Source of the DNA: a candidate division WOR-3 bacterium
GTDB lineage: Bacteria; Hydrothermota; Hydrothermia; B15-G9; WFZT01
Reading direction: 5' to 3'
Length of the DNA stretch: 64,000 nucleotides
Assembly: GCA_027053075.1 (NCBI GenBank)
Contig: JALUEE010000033.1
Location: 64,001-128,000, forward strand
The notes beneath the pieces are model-generated. The model did not search any database. It worked only from the letters and a program-made list of their open reading frames with translations, and was not told where the DNA came from. How positions within the stretch are numbered: position 1 is the stretch's first letter; each line of letters opens with the position of its first letter. Below, piece after piece: positions 9,177 through 20,101 of the stretch. The translations under genes and the position numbers were made by a program.

Positions 9177-10474
9177 TCTATCCTCTCAAAAATAAGTTCT
9201 TGTAAATTTGGTTTAGAGTCACTGATAGAAAACGAACTTTCAAGGTATCCAAGACATTCCTGCAGCCTGGATTCATCGTTGTAGAGCACTTCAAAGATAA
9301 CATCATTCTCTGACACCTGATCTCCCACCTTTTTCAGCACCATGATTCCTACATTGTGGTCAATCTCATCTTCCTTCTTTGACCTGCCTGCACCGAGCAC
9401 CGTAGCACCAAGTCCCACTTTGAGTGTATTAAATTTCTCGAGATAGCCGGATTTTCCTGCCTTCACGAGGTAAGTTCCCTTCACCTTTACGAAATCATCC
9501 CTTTCCACAGCATCTGGATCACCACCATGCGCAATGACCATCTGCCTCCATTTTTCATAGGCCCTGCCGTCCTCAAGGGCATCCTCAAGTATCTTTCTCG
9601 CCTCGTCCCTTGACTTTGCAATTCCCCCGATGAGCAGCATCTCCACACCAAGGGCAATGGAAAGCTCCCTAACATCACGAGGCCCTTCATTTTTCAAAAC
9701 TTTTACCGATTCAACCACTTCCACTGCATTTCCCACAGCCTCTCCAAGTGGCTGGTCCATATTTGTAATGAGAGCCACCACCTTTTTACCCATAAGCTTC
9801 CCTGTTTCAACCATGGATTTAGCAAGCTTTCTTGCATCCTCAATTTTGCGCATAAATGCGCCTGAGCCGGTCTTCACATCCAGAACCAGTCCATCAATAC
9901 CCTCTGCTATCTTTTTTGACATGATGCTCGACGTGATCAAAGGAATGCTCTCCACAGTGGCCGTCACATCCCTCAGAGCGTAGAGTTTTCTATCAGCGGG
10001 AACGAGTTCCTCGGTCTGCCCGATGATTGAAATTCCAACTTCAGATAGAATTTCAACAAACTCCTCAACCGGAATTGATGTGCGGTATCCGGGTATGGAA
10101 TCCAGCTTGTCCAGTGTTCCACCAGTATGCCCGAGGGCACGACCTGAGATCATCGGGACCACCACTCCCACAGATGCAACAAGTGGGCCAAGAATCAGAG
10201 ATATTTTGTCACCCACTCCACCTGTTGAGTGCTTATCAACTTTCGGTCCACTGATGTGTGAAAGATTTACAGTCTCTCCACTCCTGATCATCGCCTCGGT
10301 CAGTACCTGTGTCTCCTCAAAGTCCATATTCTGGAAATAGATTGCCATAAGAAGTGCACTCATCTGATAATCGGGAATTTCGTCCTTAACATACCCATCA
10401 ATCATGAAATTGATCTCTTCGGGTGTTAGCTTCCCGCCATCCCTTTTCTTTCTAATAATGTCAACTGGTCTCAT
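9173..10474 (-). CDS. pdp: Pyrimidine-nucleoside (thymidine) phosphorylase
   Basis: DKHSTGGVGDK, SGRALGHTGGTLDKL, SSIMSKK, GAGR motifs. Confidence 0.96.
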   Translation of the reverse strand: MRPVDIIRKKRDGGKLTPEEINFMIDGYVKDEIPDYQMSALLMAIYFQNMDFEETQVLTEAMIRSGETVNLSHISGPKVDKHSTGGVGDKISLILGPLVASVGVVVPMISGRALGHTGGTLDKLDSIPGYRTSIPVEEFVEILSEVGISIIGQTEELVPADRKLYALRDVTATVESIPLITSSIMSKKIAEGIDGLVLDVKTGSGAFMRKIEDARKLAKSMVETGKLMGKKVVALITNMDQPLGEAVGNAVEVVESVKVLKNEGPRDVRELSIALGVEMLLIGGIAKSRDEARKILEDALEDGRAYEKWRQMVIAHGGDPDAVERDDFVKVKGTYLVKAGKSGYLEKFNTLKVGLGATVLGAGRSKKEDEIDHNVGIMVLKKVGDQVSENDVIFEVLYNDESRLQECLGYLESSFSISDSKPNLQELIFERIE

Positions 10475-11612
10475 TGGCTACCTCCATTACAAGGGCTGTT
10501 GCCATTACAGCAAGACCTTCCTCTCTGCCGATAAATCCCATCTTTTCTGCCGTCTTACCTTTTAAAGATATCTTTGAGGAAGGCATCCTTAAAATTCTAC
10601 CAAGGTTCTTAACGATTTCCTCTTTGAATTGAACGATCTTCGGTTTCTCGGTTACAACCACGATGTCAAGATTGACCGGATAGAATCCTTTGCTGGTCAT
10701 TTCTTCAGCCACCTTCTCGAGCAATACGGTGCTTTTGATGTCTTTGTACTTTTCATCGGTATCGGGAAACCATTCACCAATGTCACCAAGTCCTGAGGCA
10801 CCAAGCAGCGCATCGATAACCGCGTGTGTCACAGCATCACCATCAGAGTGTCCCTTCAAACCATAAGGAAGTGGCAGCTCGACGCCACCAAGGACCATCT
10901 TTCTCCCCTCCTCAAACCTGTGAATATCAAATCCAAAGCCAACCCTTAAATTCTTCATAAGAATCCTCTCCACAAGTTCCATGTCTTCCCTGAAAGTTAC
11001 CTTGAAATTCAATGGGCTTCCTTCTACAAACTTAGTTTTAATCCCTTTCAACTCTTCCACCAGTGTGGTTTCGTCTGTGTAAACGACTCCTTCTTCTGCA
11101 GCTATCTCAAGGGTTTCAAGTATCAGTTCTCTTTCAAATCCCTGAGGAGTCTGAATAGATTTCAGCTCCGACCTCGGGACACTCTTAAAGACAAAATCTC
11201 CCTCAAAGTTTTTAAGCGTATCTCTCACAGGCTCAGCAGGTGTGACAGCAGGCCACCCCACAAGTGCCTTTATGACGTTTTTGACCACCTTCTGGGGCAC
11301 AAATGGCCTTGCCCCGTCGTGAATCAGGACAAAATCAGATTCGGCCCTCTTGACTCCGTTCAGCACCGAATGGGTCCTCTCAACTCCTCCTTTAACAATC
11401 TCTAAATCGGGGAAATGGGGGACAAGCTCTTTTTCAGCCCTTTCTATGCCAGATTCATTCAGCACGAGAATTTTTTTCCTGAACCTGTGGGCCCGAAGGA
11501 TATTGGCCAGTGTGTAGAATATTAACGGCCTGCCAAACACTTCATAAAAAATTTTATCGCCGGCAAAGCGAGTACCTTTACCGGCAGCTACAACAACAAT
11601 ATCGATCTTCAT
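10461..11612 (-). CDS. ispDF: Bifunctional IspD/IspF (MEP pathway)
   Basis: AAGKGTR, HDGARP, QTPQ (IspD) fused to GFGFDIH, GHSDGD, GDIG (IspF). Confidence 0.95.
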   Translation of the reverse strand: MKIDIVVVAAGKGTRFAGDKIFYEVFGRPLIFYTLANILRAHRFRKKILVLNESGIERAEKELVPHFPDLEIVKGGVERTHSVLNGVKRAESDFVLIHDGARPFVPQKVVKNVIKALVGWPAVTPAEPVRDTLKNFEGDFVFKSVPRSELKSIQTPQGFERELILETLEIAAEEGVVYTDETTLVEELKGIKTKFVEGSPLNFKVTFREDMELVERILMKNLRVGFGFDIHRFEEGRKMVLGGVELPLPYGLKGHSDGDAVTHAVIDALLGASGLGDIGEWFPDTDEKYKDIKSTVLLEKVAEEMTSKGFYPVNLDIVVVTEKPKIVQFKEEIVKNLGRILRMPSSKISLKGKTAEKMGFIGREEGLAVMATALVMEVANETS

Positions 11613-11668
11613 GGGTGAATTTTAAAGCCGAGTGGCTACTCTTTGAAGATTGCATTATCATTTGAACG

Positions 11669-13753
11669 ATGGATGTCCTTGAGTTTTTAAGGATGGAGGT
11701 ACGTTATCTCAAAGGAGTTGGCCCCAAACGTGCCCAGCTCTTTAAGAGGCTTGGTATAACCACTGTGCTCGACCTCCTCTATTTTGCCCCTCGAAGGTAC
11801 ATTGACAGGAGAAACATCACCCCTATCCACGATGTAAAGCGTGGAGCCGAGGTTACCGTGGCTGGAAAGGTTCTCACAAAGGGGATCAAAAAGGTTCGCG
11901 GAAATTTAGTTTTCACCGTAATCATCAGTGATGGGACCGACTGGATGGAGCTTGTCTGGAGGAATGTCAAAGGCATTGACAAAGTTTTTAATAAAAATGA
12001 CCAGGTCATTGCATCGGGAAAGGTTTATGTCTATCGTGGAACAAAGGTTATCTACCACCCCGAATATGAAATAATTGACGAAGCACATCCGCAGGGTAAC
12101 AGGATAATGGCAGGGATGCTTGTTCCCGTTTATCCCTCCACCGAGGGCCTAAAGCCGAGGTTTATGAGAAGGCTTATCATGGAGGTGTTAGAGAAGATCG
12201 GGGGCGAGATACCGGAAACCCTGCCAGATTATATTCGCAACAAATTTGGTCTCTACACACGAAAAGAGGCAATTCGCCTCCTCCATTTCCCTCATGAGCT
12301 CAAACAGGCAAGACTTGCGAGAACAACCCTCGTATTTGAAGAGCTTTTTTACTTTTACATCAAATTGCTGGAAAAGCGCGTCGAATCAAAGGGTCTTGGC
12401 ATTCCCCTTGAAGTAAAAAATGAACTGACGAAGAAGTTCGTGGATTCTCTGAAATTTGAACTTACGGGAGCCCAGAAACGTGTAATCTCCGAGATCACGG
12501 ATGACCTCTCAAAAAATACCCCCATGCACAGGCTGCTTCAGGGGGATGTGGGAAGCGGCAAGACCGTGGTTGCCCTCTATACAATGCTGGTCGCTGTGGA
12601 AAATGGCTATCAGGCTGTAATGATGGCCCCAACTGAAATTCTCGCCGAGCAGCATTTTCTCGTTATGAGTGAGTACCTTTTCCCGCTTAACGTTCGGATG
12701 GCCCTGCTGCTTGGCAAGATGAGGAAAAAGGACAAGCAGCTTGCCATTGAAAGGATAAAGATGGGAGATGCAGAGGTGGTAATTGGCACCCATGCCCTTA
12801 TCCAGGAAGATGTTGAATTTAAAAAGCTCGCCGTTGCCGTAATTGACGAGCAGCATAAGTTTGGGGTTCTTCAGCGTGCGAAGTTACTCGAGAAGGGTTT
12901 TGAGAATAAATCTCCCCACTTTCTTGTGATGACTGCAACGCCTATTCCGCGAACCCTTGCGCTCACCATTTACGGAGACCTCGATGTCTCAATAATTGAT
13001 GAAATGCCACCTGGTCGTGGCAAAGTAGTGACAAAATGGGTAAAAGAGGGCCGCAGAGATAAGGTCTATTCGTGGCTTTTTGATGAGGTGAAGAAAGGCA
13101 ACCAGGCATACGTGGTCGCGCCTCTGATAGAAAAATCTGAAAAACTCGAGGCCGAGGCCGCAACCGAGCTTTACAAAAAACTCACCGAAATCGCCCCTGA
13201 AGGCATAAATATAGGCCTGATACACGGAAAGATGAAAAAGGATGAGCGTGGAGAGGTAATGAGAAAATTCAGAAACGGGGAGTTCCACATCCTTGTTGCC
13301 ACCACCGTTATTGAGGTTGGCATAGATGTTCCCAATGCCACCATTATGATAATCGAGCACGCCGAGAGATTTGGACTTGCCCAGCTCCATCAACTGCGTG
13401 GTCGCATTGGAAGAGGATCAAAGAAAAGCTACTGCATACTCATCACTCCATCAAAGGTAAGCGAAGACGCAAAGAAGCGACTGAAAGCAATGGTAGAGAC
13501 CACGGACGGCTTTAAGATTGCGGAAATTGACCTCGAGATCAGGGGGCCCGGTGAGATTTTCGGCACGAAACAGCATGGAATCCCCAGATTTAGAATCGCC
13601 AACCTCATTAGGGACCAGAAAATTATCCAGCAGACTAAAAAAGAGGTGGAGAAAATCCTTGCCTTTGATCCATTTTTGACAAAACCACAAAATCGAGTTA
13701 TTAAAGAAACACTGGAAAACGAAAAGATTGGAGAGGTGATCTATGTTGGTTAA
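11669..13753 (+). CDS. recG: ATP-dependent DNA helicase RecG
   Basis: LKGVGPK, QGDVGSGKT, DEQH, TATPIPRTL, QLRGRIGRG, RGPGE. Confidence 0.97.
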   Translation: MDVLEFLRMEVRYLKGVGPKRAQLFKRLGITTVLDLLYFAPRRYIDRRNITPIHDVKRGAEVTVAGKVLTKGIKKVRGNLVFTVIISDGTDWMELVWRNVKGIDKVFNKNDQVIASGKVYVYRGTKVIYHPEYEIIDEAHPQGNRIMAGMLVPVYPSTEGLKPRFMRRLIMEVLEKIGGEIPETLPDYIRNKFGLYTRKEAIRLLHFPHELKQARLARTTLVFEELFYFYIKLLEKRVESKGLGIPLEVKNELTKKFVDSLKFELTGAQKRVISEITDDLSKNTPMHRLLQGDVGSGKTVVALYTMLVAVENGYQAVMMAPTEILAEQHFLVMSEYLFPLNVRMALLLGKMRKKDKQLAIERIKMGDAEVVIGTHALIQEDVEFKKLAVAVIDEQHKFGVLQRAKLLEKGFENKSPHFLVMTATPIPRTLALTIYGDLDVSIIDEMPPGRGKVVTKWVKEGRRDKVYSWLFDEVKKGNQAYVVAPLIEKSEKLEAEAATELYKKLTEIAPEGINIGLIHGKMKKDERGEVMRKFRNGEFHILVATTVIEVGIDVPNATIMIIEHAERFGLAQLHQLRGRIGRGSKKSYCILITPSKVSEDAKKRLKAMVETTDGFKIAEIDLEIRGPGEIFGTKQHGIPRFRIANLIRDQKIIQQTKKEVEKILAFDPFLTKPQNRVIKETLENEKIGEVIYVG

Positions 13754-14711
13754 AAAAGCGTTACTTGCATTGGTTATAGTCCTTGGTCTCACGTCGTGTA
13801 CAAAGATCGAACGTTTTGCCAGAGGGAAGGCAAATGAGGTGGTAATTGTTTACGATGGTACCCTGAGAGAGGCCAAATTTCTTCAGAGTGTGCTCTCGGA
13901 TACCTTTTATACACCTCATCCTGAGCCGCTTTTCATCACCTACCCTGTCACCTACGACCAGTTTGAGCCCTTTAAGGGCTACAAAAACGTGATCTTCCTT
14001 TCCACTTATAACTCACCGGACTATCCTATCTTCAAGCAAATATTTGGTGAGCGGCAACCTGGAATCTATCTTGTGAAAAACTACTATCAGGAAGGTGACG
14101 CAATTTTAGGTGTCATCTCGTCCGACGAGACTGCACTCTGGAGTTTTGTCTATGAAAAGAAGGACTACATTTTGGGGGAGATGTTAAAAAGATACCGTGC
14201 CATACTTCGAAAGAAAGCATATTTTGCCGGGCACAACAAGAAGTTTTCGAAAGAGTTTGGTGAGAAATACGGCTTCACCTTTGATTTTCCCATGGGATGG
14301 GCTTATGTGGTTCAGGATACCAATTTTGTCAGCATCGCAAAGCACTATCCGGATAGGTTTATGTTTTTCTACCACGAAAACGCGCCTCGACTTTTTGACG
14401 CTGATGAGATCATAAGGCTCAGGAACAAACTCACTGCAAAATACTACGACGGAGACTATGTCTATAAAGAGCACCTGAGGGTCAAGGATACAACCTTTGT
14501 TGGGCAGCCTGCCATCAAGATTTTCGGAATCTGGCAGAATGATAAAGAATACCTCGGGGGGCCCTTTGAGACCATTGCGTTCAATCTCAATGACAATTTC
14601 TACATGTTTGACATGGGTGTTTTTGCACCGGACAGAAATGAGAAGCTCCAGTTTATCATCAGAATGGAAATCATCCTGAGCTCGTTCCATCTCTATGAGC
14701 CCAAAAAGTAA
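13743..14711 (+). CDS. Putative lipoprotein, DUF4837-like
   Basis: Lipobox LTSC; C-terminal G.WQN...GGPF..F.P..EK pattern typical of FCB DUF4837 proteins. Confidence 0.65.
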   Translation: MLVKKALLALVIVLGLTSCTKIERFARGKANEVVIVYDGTLREAKFLQSVLSDTFYTPHPEPLFITYPVTYDQFEPFKGYKNVIFLSTYNSPDYPIFKQIFGERQPGIYLVKNYYQEGDAILGVISSDETALWSFVYEKKDYILGEMLKRYRAILRKKAYFAGHNKKFSKEFGEKYGFTFDFPMGWAYVVQDTNFVSIAKHYPDRFMFFYHENAPRLFDADEIIRLRNKLTAKYYDGDYVYKEHLRVKDTTFVGQPAIKIFGIWQNDKEYLGGPFETIAFNLNDNFYMFDMGVFAPDRNEKLQFIIRMEIILSSFHLYEPKK

Positions 14712-15447
14712 AGTCGCAGTAATCACGGATTTCGGACTACAGGACCCCTACGTGGGAGTGATGAAGGCACAGATTTTCAGGTTTGTGGATGAGGTGGAAT
14801 TTATTGACATCACCCACTATGTGCCACAATTCAACATCAAAGCTGCCACTTTTATATTCTCGTATGCCTTAAGATGGCTTCCAGAGGATATCCATTTTCT
14901 CATTGTGGTGGACCCGGGTGTAGGCTCTAATCGCCGGGCAATTGCTGCAGCGAAAGGCAAAAGATTTTTCGTGGCACCGGACAATGGGGTTCTCTCGCCA
15001 ATTCTGGATGAAGCTGAAGTCTATGCTATTGAAAACATAAAACCGGAGTCTTCGACATTCCACGGCAGGGATTTATTTGCCCCGGCACTTGGTATGCTTC
15101 TTAGGGGGAAACCTCCTGGGGAACTCGGACCTCGCATCACAGACCCGATAAAAATCAGATTACCTGAGCCGGAAATTGAGAAAGGCTGGATCAAAGGGGA
15201 AATTATTTACATTGACCACTTTGGGAATCTTGTGACGAATATTCCCCGTGAGCTTGTGAAATCTGGTAAAAAGGTGATTTTCAAAGGTGTCGAAATTACG
15301 TTTGTAAACTCGTATTTCGATGTCGATAAGGGCCAGGCACTTGCGATTATTGACTCTTACGACATGCTTGAAATTTCAGTGAGGGAGGGGAGCGCGAAAG
15401 AGAAATTCGGAGCTGAGGTTGGAGACATTGTCCAGCTTGAGAGGTAA
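14695..15447 (+). CDS. SAM hydroxide adenosyltransferase (DUF62; chlorinase/fluorinase family)
   Basis: TDFG..D.YVG.MK, VVDPGVG, PDNG, STFHGRD, IDHFGN. Confidence 0.93.
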   Translation: MSPKSKVAVITDFGLQDPYVGVMKAQIFRFVDEVEFIDITHYVPQFNIKAATFIFSYALRWLPEDIHFLIVVDPGVGSNRRAIAAAKGKRFFVAPDNGVLSPILDEAEVYAIENIKPESSTFHGRDLFAPALGMLLRGKPPGELGPRITDPIKIRLPEPEIEKGWIKGEIIYIDHFGNLVTNIPRELVKSGKKVIFKGVEITFVNSYFDVDKGQALAIIDSYDMLEISVREGSAKEKFGAEVGDIVQLER

Positions 15448-15823
15448 GGGTGCATATATTCTTTTCCTTAAGTTACCTTCGGCAAAGAAAATAAGGGTCG
15501 GGAGATTGGGGAAATTTCACTTTAAGCCCGGGATTTATCTTTACGTGGGGAGTGCCATGAAGGGGTTTAATACGAGGATTCCGCGTTACATAAATGGTCC
15601 TGTGAGGAAGCACTGGCATATTGACTACCTGCTTGAGTTTGCCGAACTCCTCGCCGTCCTTTTGATACCATCTGATGAAAAAATTGAAGAGAAAGTTGCC
15701 GCAAAGCTGGGAACTGTTTTTAGCTCCCCCATAAAAGGATTTGGTTCCTCAGATACCTCTTCCTATGCCCACCTTTTCTATCTATCAGACATCAAAGATG
15801 GCAACGAGAAAGGTGTGGTCTGA
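15419..15823 (+). CDS. GIY-YIG/Uri superfamily nuclease (DUF123-like); true start may be a downstream TTG
   Basis: GAY.L...G.Y.YVGSA, HWHIDYLL, GFGSSD..HL; 3' end overlaps convergent xth. Confidence 0.82.
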   Translation: METLSSLRGKGAYILFLKLPSAKKIRVGRLGKFHFKPGIYLYVGSAMKGFNTRIPRYINGPVRKHWHIDYLLEFAELLAVLLIPSDEKIEEKVAAKLGTVFSSPIKGFGSSDTSSYAHLFYLSDIKDGNEKGVV

Positions 15824-16558
15824 AGGTTTCTCCCACGCCCTCGGCTCCCTGTCAACATAGGAATCTACAGATTTATCGGCAAGAGGTTTGGTTGCAAGGA
15901 TGTGGTCAATTCTCCAGCCGATGTTCCTCTCAAGAGCTTTAGGAACACGATAATCCCAGTAGGTAAATTCTCCGGGATTGGGCCTGTGCTTTCTAAACAC
16001 GTCAATAAATCCCCACTCGAGGGTCTTCTGGAATTCTCTTCTCACATCAATGTGGAAATCCACGTGTTTAAGCTTGGTCTTGGGATTTGTGACATCAATC
16101 TCAGTGGGAGCGACGTTTATATCACCCATCCATAGAAGCGGCTCGTCTGGTGAAAAATGACGTGAGAAATATTCCCTCAGTCTCCTGAACCACCTTAACT
16201 TGTACTGATAATCCGGATGATCAATCTTTTTGCCCTGGGGGACGTACGTGTTAACGATGGGAATGCCTTTGATCACTCCTTTGATGAGTCGTGACTCGTC
16301 TTTCGGCTCATCGTCGAATCCGTACTGCACATCCTCAATGGGCCATTTGCTTGCAATTGCCACACCGCTGTAGGCTTTTTGACCGCGGAAAACCACGTAG
16401 TATCCTATCTTATCGAATTCCTCTTTTGGAAAGAGCTCATCCACAACCTTTGTTTCCTGAATAGCGAGTACATCGGGGGATTCTTTCTCAATCCACCTTT
16501 TAATAATATGCATCCTGCTCCTGATGGAATTTGCGTTGAACGTAGCAACCTTAAACAT
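15785..16558 (-). CDS. xth: Exodeoxyribonuclease III / AP endonuclease
   Basis: ATFNANSI, QETK, GDINVA, FTYWDYR, GWRIDHI, SDH. Confidence 0.96.
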   Translation of the reverse strand: MFKVATFNANSIRSRMHIIKRWIEKESPDVLAIQETKVVDELFPKEEFDKIGYYVVFRGQKAYSGVAIASKWPIEDVQYGFDDEPKDESRLIKGVIKGIPIVNTYVPQGKKIDHPDYQYKLRWFRRLREYFSRHFSPDEPLLWMGDINVAPTEIDVTNPKTKLKHVDFHIDVRREFQKTLEWGFIDVFRKHRPNPGEFTYWDYRVPKALERNIGWRIDHILATKPLADKSVDSYVDREPRAWEKPSDHTFLVAIFDV

Positions 16559-16598
16559 ACCTAAATTTTACTGCTGGAGGTTAGAATTTTTGAACATC

Positions 16599-17714
16599 TC
16601 AAAGAGCCTTGAGTAGGGTTTCTGCTATATATGATACATCTTCTTCGCTCAGGCCAGGGTATAGGGGAAGGGTGAGCTGACGAGAGGAAAATTCTTCAGT
16701 GACAGGAAGGATGAGCTCTCCAAACCTTGATCTCATGGCGCTAAATTTGTGAACAGGCGGATAGTGAACCGATGTCTGAATGCCTGCTTCAGCGAGCTTG
16801 CGCACCACCTCATCTCTTGAAATCCCCTCAGGGAGTACAACCGGAAAAATGTAATTTGCTGAGTTTTCATAATCATCAAAGGGGATCAGTACCTTATCAG
16901 AGAGGAGCTCACGATAAAGTTTTACAAGCCTGCACCTCTTTTCATTTTTCTCCCCGAGCTTCTCTAACTGGACAATTCCAAGAGCAGCTTGAATTTCAGT
17001 AATCCTGTAGTTGTATCCTATATCAACAACATCGTATAAGGTATCACCAAGTGTAAACTTGGAATAGCTCGAGGTCGTAAGCCCGTGAGACCTCAAAAGC
17101 TTTGCCTTCTCGTAAACTTTTTCATCGTTTGTGAGCAAAAAACCACCTTCTCCGGTTGAAAGATTTTTGTTGGTAAATGTGGAAAACGCACCGACAAGGC
17201 CAAAGGTCCCGGCAAACTTGCCCTCTATTTTTGTTCCAATGGCATGAGAAGCATCTTCAATGAGGATGAGGCCGTATCTATCTGAGATGTCCTTTACCTC
17301 ATCGATAAACCTGTAAAAACCGGCATAGTGGACAAAGACCACCGCCTTTGCACCGCGGGCTTTTCTCTCAACTTCGTCAGGTGAGATATTTGGATACTTG
17401 AGCGAATGGATATCCACAAAAAGAGGCTCAGCGCCTATCCAGATGAGTGGTGTTACTGTTGCAACAAAAGTGAGGGAAGGTACAAGTACCCTGTCACCGG
17501 GTTTAATCCCTGCCGACAGGTATGTGAGATGAAGTGCAGTGGTGCCGGAGCTTGTGGCAAGGGCGTATTCGACGCCGAAATACTGAGCGAGCTTTTCTTC
17601 GTACTCTTTCGTTTTTGGTCCCTGGGTTATCCACCCTGAGTTTATGACCTCGATTACTGCACGTTTTTCCTCTTCGCCGTAATCGAGGTCAAAGAGTGGG
17701 TAACGCCAGGACAC
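16599..17714 (-). CDS. DegT/DnrJ/EryC1/StrS sugar aminotransferase
   Basis: SSGTTALH, TFVAT, EDASHA, K...GEGG, GYNYR; GTG start 2 nt after the pnp stop. Confidence 0.93.
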   Translation of the reverse strand: MSWRYPLFDLDYGEEEKRAVIEVINSGWITQGPKTKEYEEKLAQYFGVEYALATSSGTTALHLTYLSAGIKPGDRVLVPSLTFVATVTPLIWIGAEPLFVDIHSLKYPNISPDEVERKARGAKAVVFVHYAGFYRFIDEVKDISDRYGLILIEDASHAIGTKIEGKFAGTFGLVGAFSTFTNKNLSTGEGGFLLTNDEKVYEKAKLLRSHGLTTSSYSKFTLGDTLYDVVDIGYNYRITEIQAALGIVQLEKLGEKNEKRCRLVKLYRELLSDKVLIPFDDYENSANYIFPVVLPEGISRDEVVRKLAEAGIQTSVHYPPVHKFSAMRSRFGELILPVTEEFSSRQLTLPLYPGLSEEDVSYIAETLLKAL

Positions 17715-17716
17715 GT

Positions 17717-19819
17717 TTAGTCCTTTTTGATTTTCTTAACTCCGCCCTGAAGTGCGGCTTTGCGCGAAAGCTTTATCCTTCCAAGCTCATCAATATCAAT
17801 GACCTTAACGAGGACCTTATCACCAACTTTGAGGACATCCTCCACCTTTTTAACCCGTGTATTGGCAAGCTCTGAGATGTGAACCAGTCCTTCTTTACCA
17901 GGGAGAATTTCAACAAATGCACCAAATGGGGCAATCTTTGTAACCTTGCCAAGATAAACTGTGCCCACCTCAACTTCCTGAACAAGCTCACCAATCCTCT
18001 TCTTTGCCTCCTCAACCCCCTGGAGATTCTGCCCGGAAATCAGGACTTTGCCTGTTGTGTCTTCAATTTCAATCCTCGTATCCGTATCTTCCTGAATCTT
18101 CCTGATAGTTCTTCCACCAGGGCCTATAACCTCTCCGATCTTCTCACGTGGGATCCAGATAGCCGCTACCTTTGGAGCATATTTGGAGAGTTCTTTTCTT
18201 GGTGAACTTATTGTTGCATCCATTACGTCAAGAATGAAGTGTCTCGCCTTTTTCGCACGCTCGAAAGTATTTTTGATTATATCAAGGCCTATGCCTTTGA
18301 TCTTCAGGTCGAGCTGTATAGCAGTAATCCCATTCCGTGTACCTGCTACCTTGAAATCCATATCTCCATAATGGTCTTCAGCTCCGATGATGTCTGTGAG
18401 CAATTCATACTTATCCTCACCCTTCACAAGTCCGATGGAAATTCCAGCCACAGAGGTTTTAAGAGGCACGCCTGCATCCATCAGAGAAAGTGATGCACCA
18501 CAAACAGTTGCCATGGATGTGGAGCCGTTGGATTCAAGAATATCTGAGACTACCCTTATTGTATAGGGAAATTCATCCTCTGGTGGGATCAAATTGGCCA
18601 CTGCCTTCTCAGCCAGTGCGCCGTGACCTATTTCACGCCTTCCTGGACCTCTTAAAGGTTTAATCTCTCCCACTGAAAATGGTGGGAAATTGTAATGAAG
18701 CATAAAGCGTTTTTCTTCTTCAGGTTCAAGCTCTGAAAGACGCTGAACATCTTCTGATGTGCCAAGGGTCGTGACAACCAGTGCCTGGGTCTCCCCCCTT
18801 CTGAAAAGTGCAGACCCGTGAGTTCGGGGCAAAATTCCAATCTCCGCGGAGAGGGGCCTTATTTCATCAAACTTTCTACCATCAATTCGAGCGCCCTCTT
18901 CAAGCACCATGCGCCGCATGGTCTCGCGCTCTATCTCGTAAAGTGCACTCTCTATTTCGACCTTGCTGTCAGGAAATTCATCAGCCAGTGCCTCCTGAAC
19001 CTGCTTGTGGATTGAAGAAAGTGTCTCCTGACGCGTCTTCTTGTGTGCGATTCTCATTGCATTGCTGATTAATTCTCCAAACTGTTCCTTTATTCGGTTC
19101 TTCATCTCATCGGGTATAGGCAACACCGTTGGCTCTCTCTTCTCCACAGGTACAAGCTCCATCAGCTCCTTCTGAACATCAATCACCTGGTCAATGTAGG
19201 GCTGGGCAAACTCGATTGCCTTTAAAAGCAGGTCCTCTTCCACCTCTTTCCCTTCAAACTCTATCATGTGGACTTCACCATCGGATCCCACAAGGAGTAG
19301 GTCAAAGAGGCTATCATTCAGCTGGGTATTGGTTGGGTTAATGACAAATTCATCATTAATATACCCAACCCTGACCGCTCCAATGGGCCCTACGAATGGG
19401 ATAGGAGAGATGGAAAGTGCGGCACTTGCCCCGATAATACCGAGCAGATGCCCCTCGTTCTCCATATCATAGGAGAGGAGATAGGCAATTATCTCCACCT
19501 CATCCATCATCCCTTTGGGGAATCTTGGGCGAAGGGAGCGGTCAATAGCCCGGGAATAAAGAATTTCCCTCTCTCTTGGCTTTCCCTCTCTCTTAAAGTA
19601 ACCACCAGGAATTTTACCAGCTGCATAGGACTGCTCGCGATACTCCACAAGCAGTGGTAGAAAATCTCTCTTTTCCTCTGAAGGCTTGGATACAGCGGTA
19701 ACCAGGACCACTGTATCCCCGTATTGAACCATCACGGCCGCGTCGGCCTGCCTTGCGACCTTACCTGTTCTAATCTCTAATTTCCGCCCCCCTATCTCAG
19801 TTTCTACAATCTTCTCCAT
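17717..19819 (-). CDS. pnp: Polyribonucleotide nucleotidyltransferase
   Basis: DRSLRP, RREIGHG, SNGS.SMA, GDMDFKVAG, KH and S1 domains. Confidence 0.98.
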   Translation of the reverse strand: MEKIVETEIGGRKLEIRTGKVARQADAAVMVQYGDTVVLVTAVSKPSEEKRDFLPLLVEYREQSYAAGKIPGGYFKREGKPREREILYSRAIDRSLRPRFPKGMMDEVEIIAYLLSYDMENEGHLLGIIGASAALSISPIPFVGPIGAVRVGYINDEFVINPTNTQLNDSLFDLLLVGSDGEVHMIEFEGKEVEEDLLLKAIEFAQPYIDQVIDVQKELMELVPVEKREPTVLPIPDEMKNRIKEQFGELISNAMRIAHKKTRQETLSSIHKQVQEALADEFPDSKVEIESALYEIERETMRRMVLEEGARIDGRKFDEIRPLSAEIGILPRTHGSALFRRGETQALVVTTLGTSEDVQRLSELEPEEEKRFMLHYNFPPFSVGEIKPLRGPGRREIGHGALAEKAVANLIPPEDEFPYTIRVVSDILESNGSTSMATVCGASLSLMDAGVPLKTSVAGISIGLVKGEDKYELLTDIIGAEDHYGDMDFKVAGTRNGITAIQLDLKIKGIGLDIIKNTFERAKKARHFILDVMDATISSPRKELSKYAPKVAAIWIPREKIGEVIGPGGRTIRKIQEDTDTRIEIEDTTGKVLISGQNLQGVEEAKKRIGELVQEVEVGTVYLGKVTKIAPFGAFVEILPGKEGLVHISELANTRVKKVEDVLKVGDKVLVKVIDIDELGRIKLSRKAALQGGVKKIKKD

Positions 19820-19820
19820 T

Positions 19821-20090
19821 TTAACCTCTTATCCCCAGTTTCTTGAGAACTTCCTGATACTTCACGAAATTCTCCCTCTTCAAATACCTGAGCAGTCTCT
19901 TCCTCTTTCCAACCAGTTTGATTAGTCCATACCTTGAATGGACATCTTTGCGATGTTTTTTAAGGTGCTCTGTAATCTGCTTAATTCTTTCTGTTAGAAG
20001 AGCGATCTGAACCTCAGGTGAACCTGTGTCCCCCTCAAATCTCTGCCATTCCTTGATAATTTTTTGTTTGTCTTCTTTCTCAAGTGCCAT
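19821..20090 (-). CDS. rpsO: 30S ribosomal protein S15
   Basis: [23 protein letters not shown]. Confidence 0.98.
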   Translation of the reverse strand: MALEKEDKQKIIKEWQRFEGDTGSPEVQIALLTERIKQITEHLKKHRKDVHSRYGLIKLVGKRKRLLRYLKRENFVKYQEVLKKLGIRG

Positions 20091-20101
20091 GCTAAAACCT
20101 C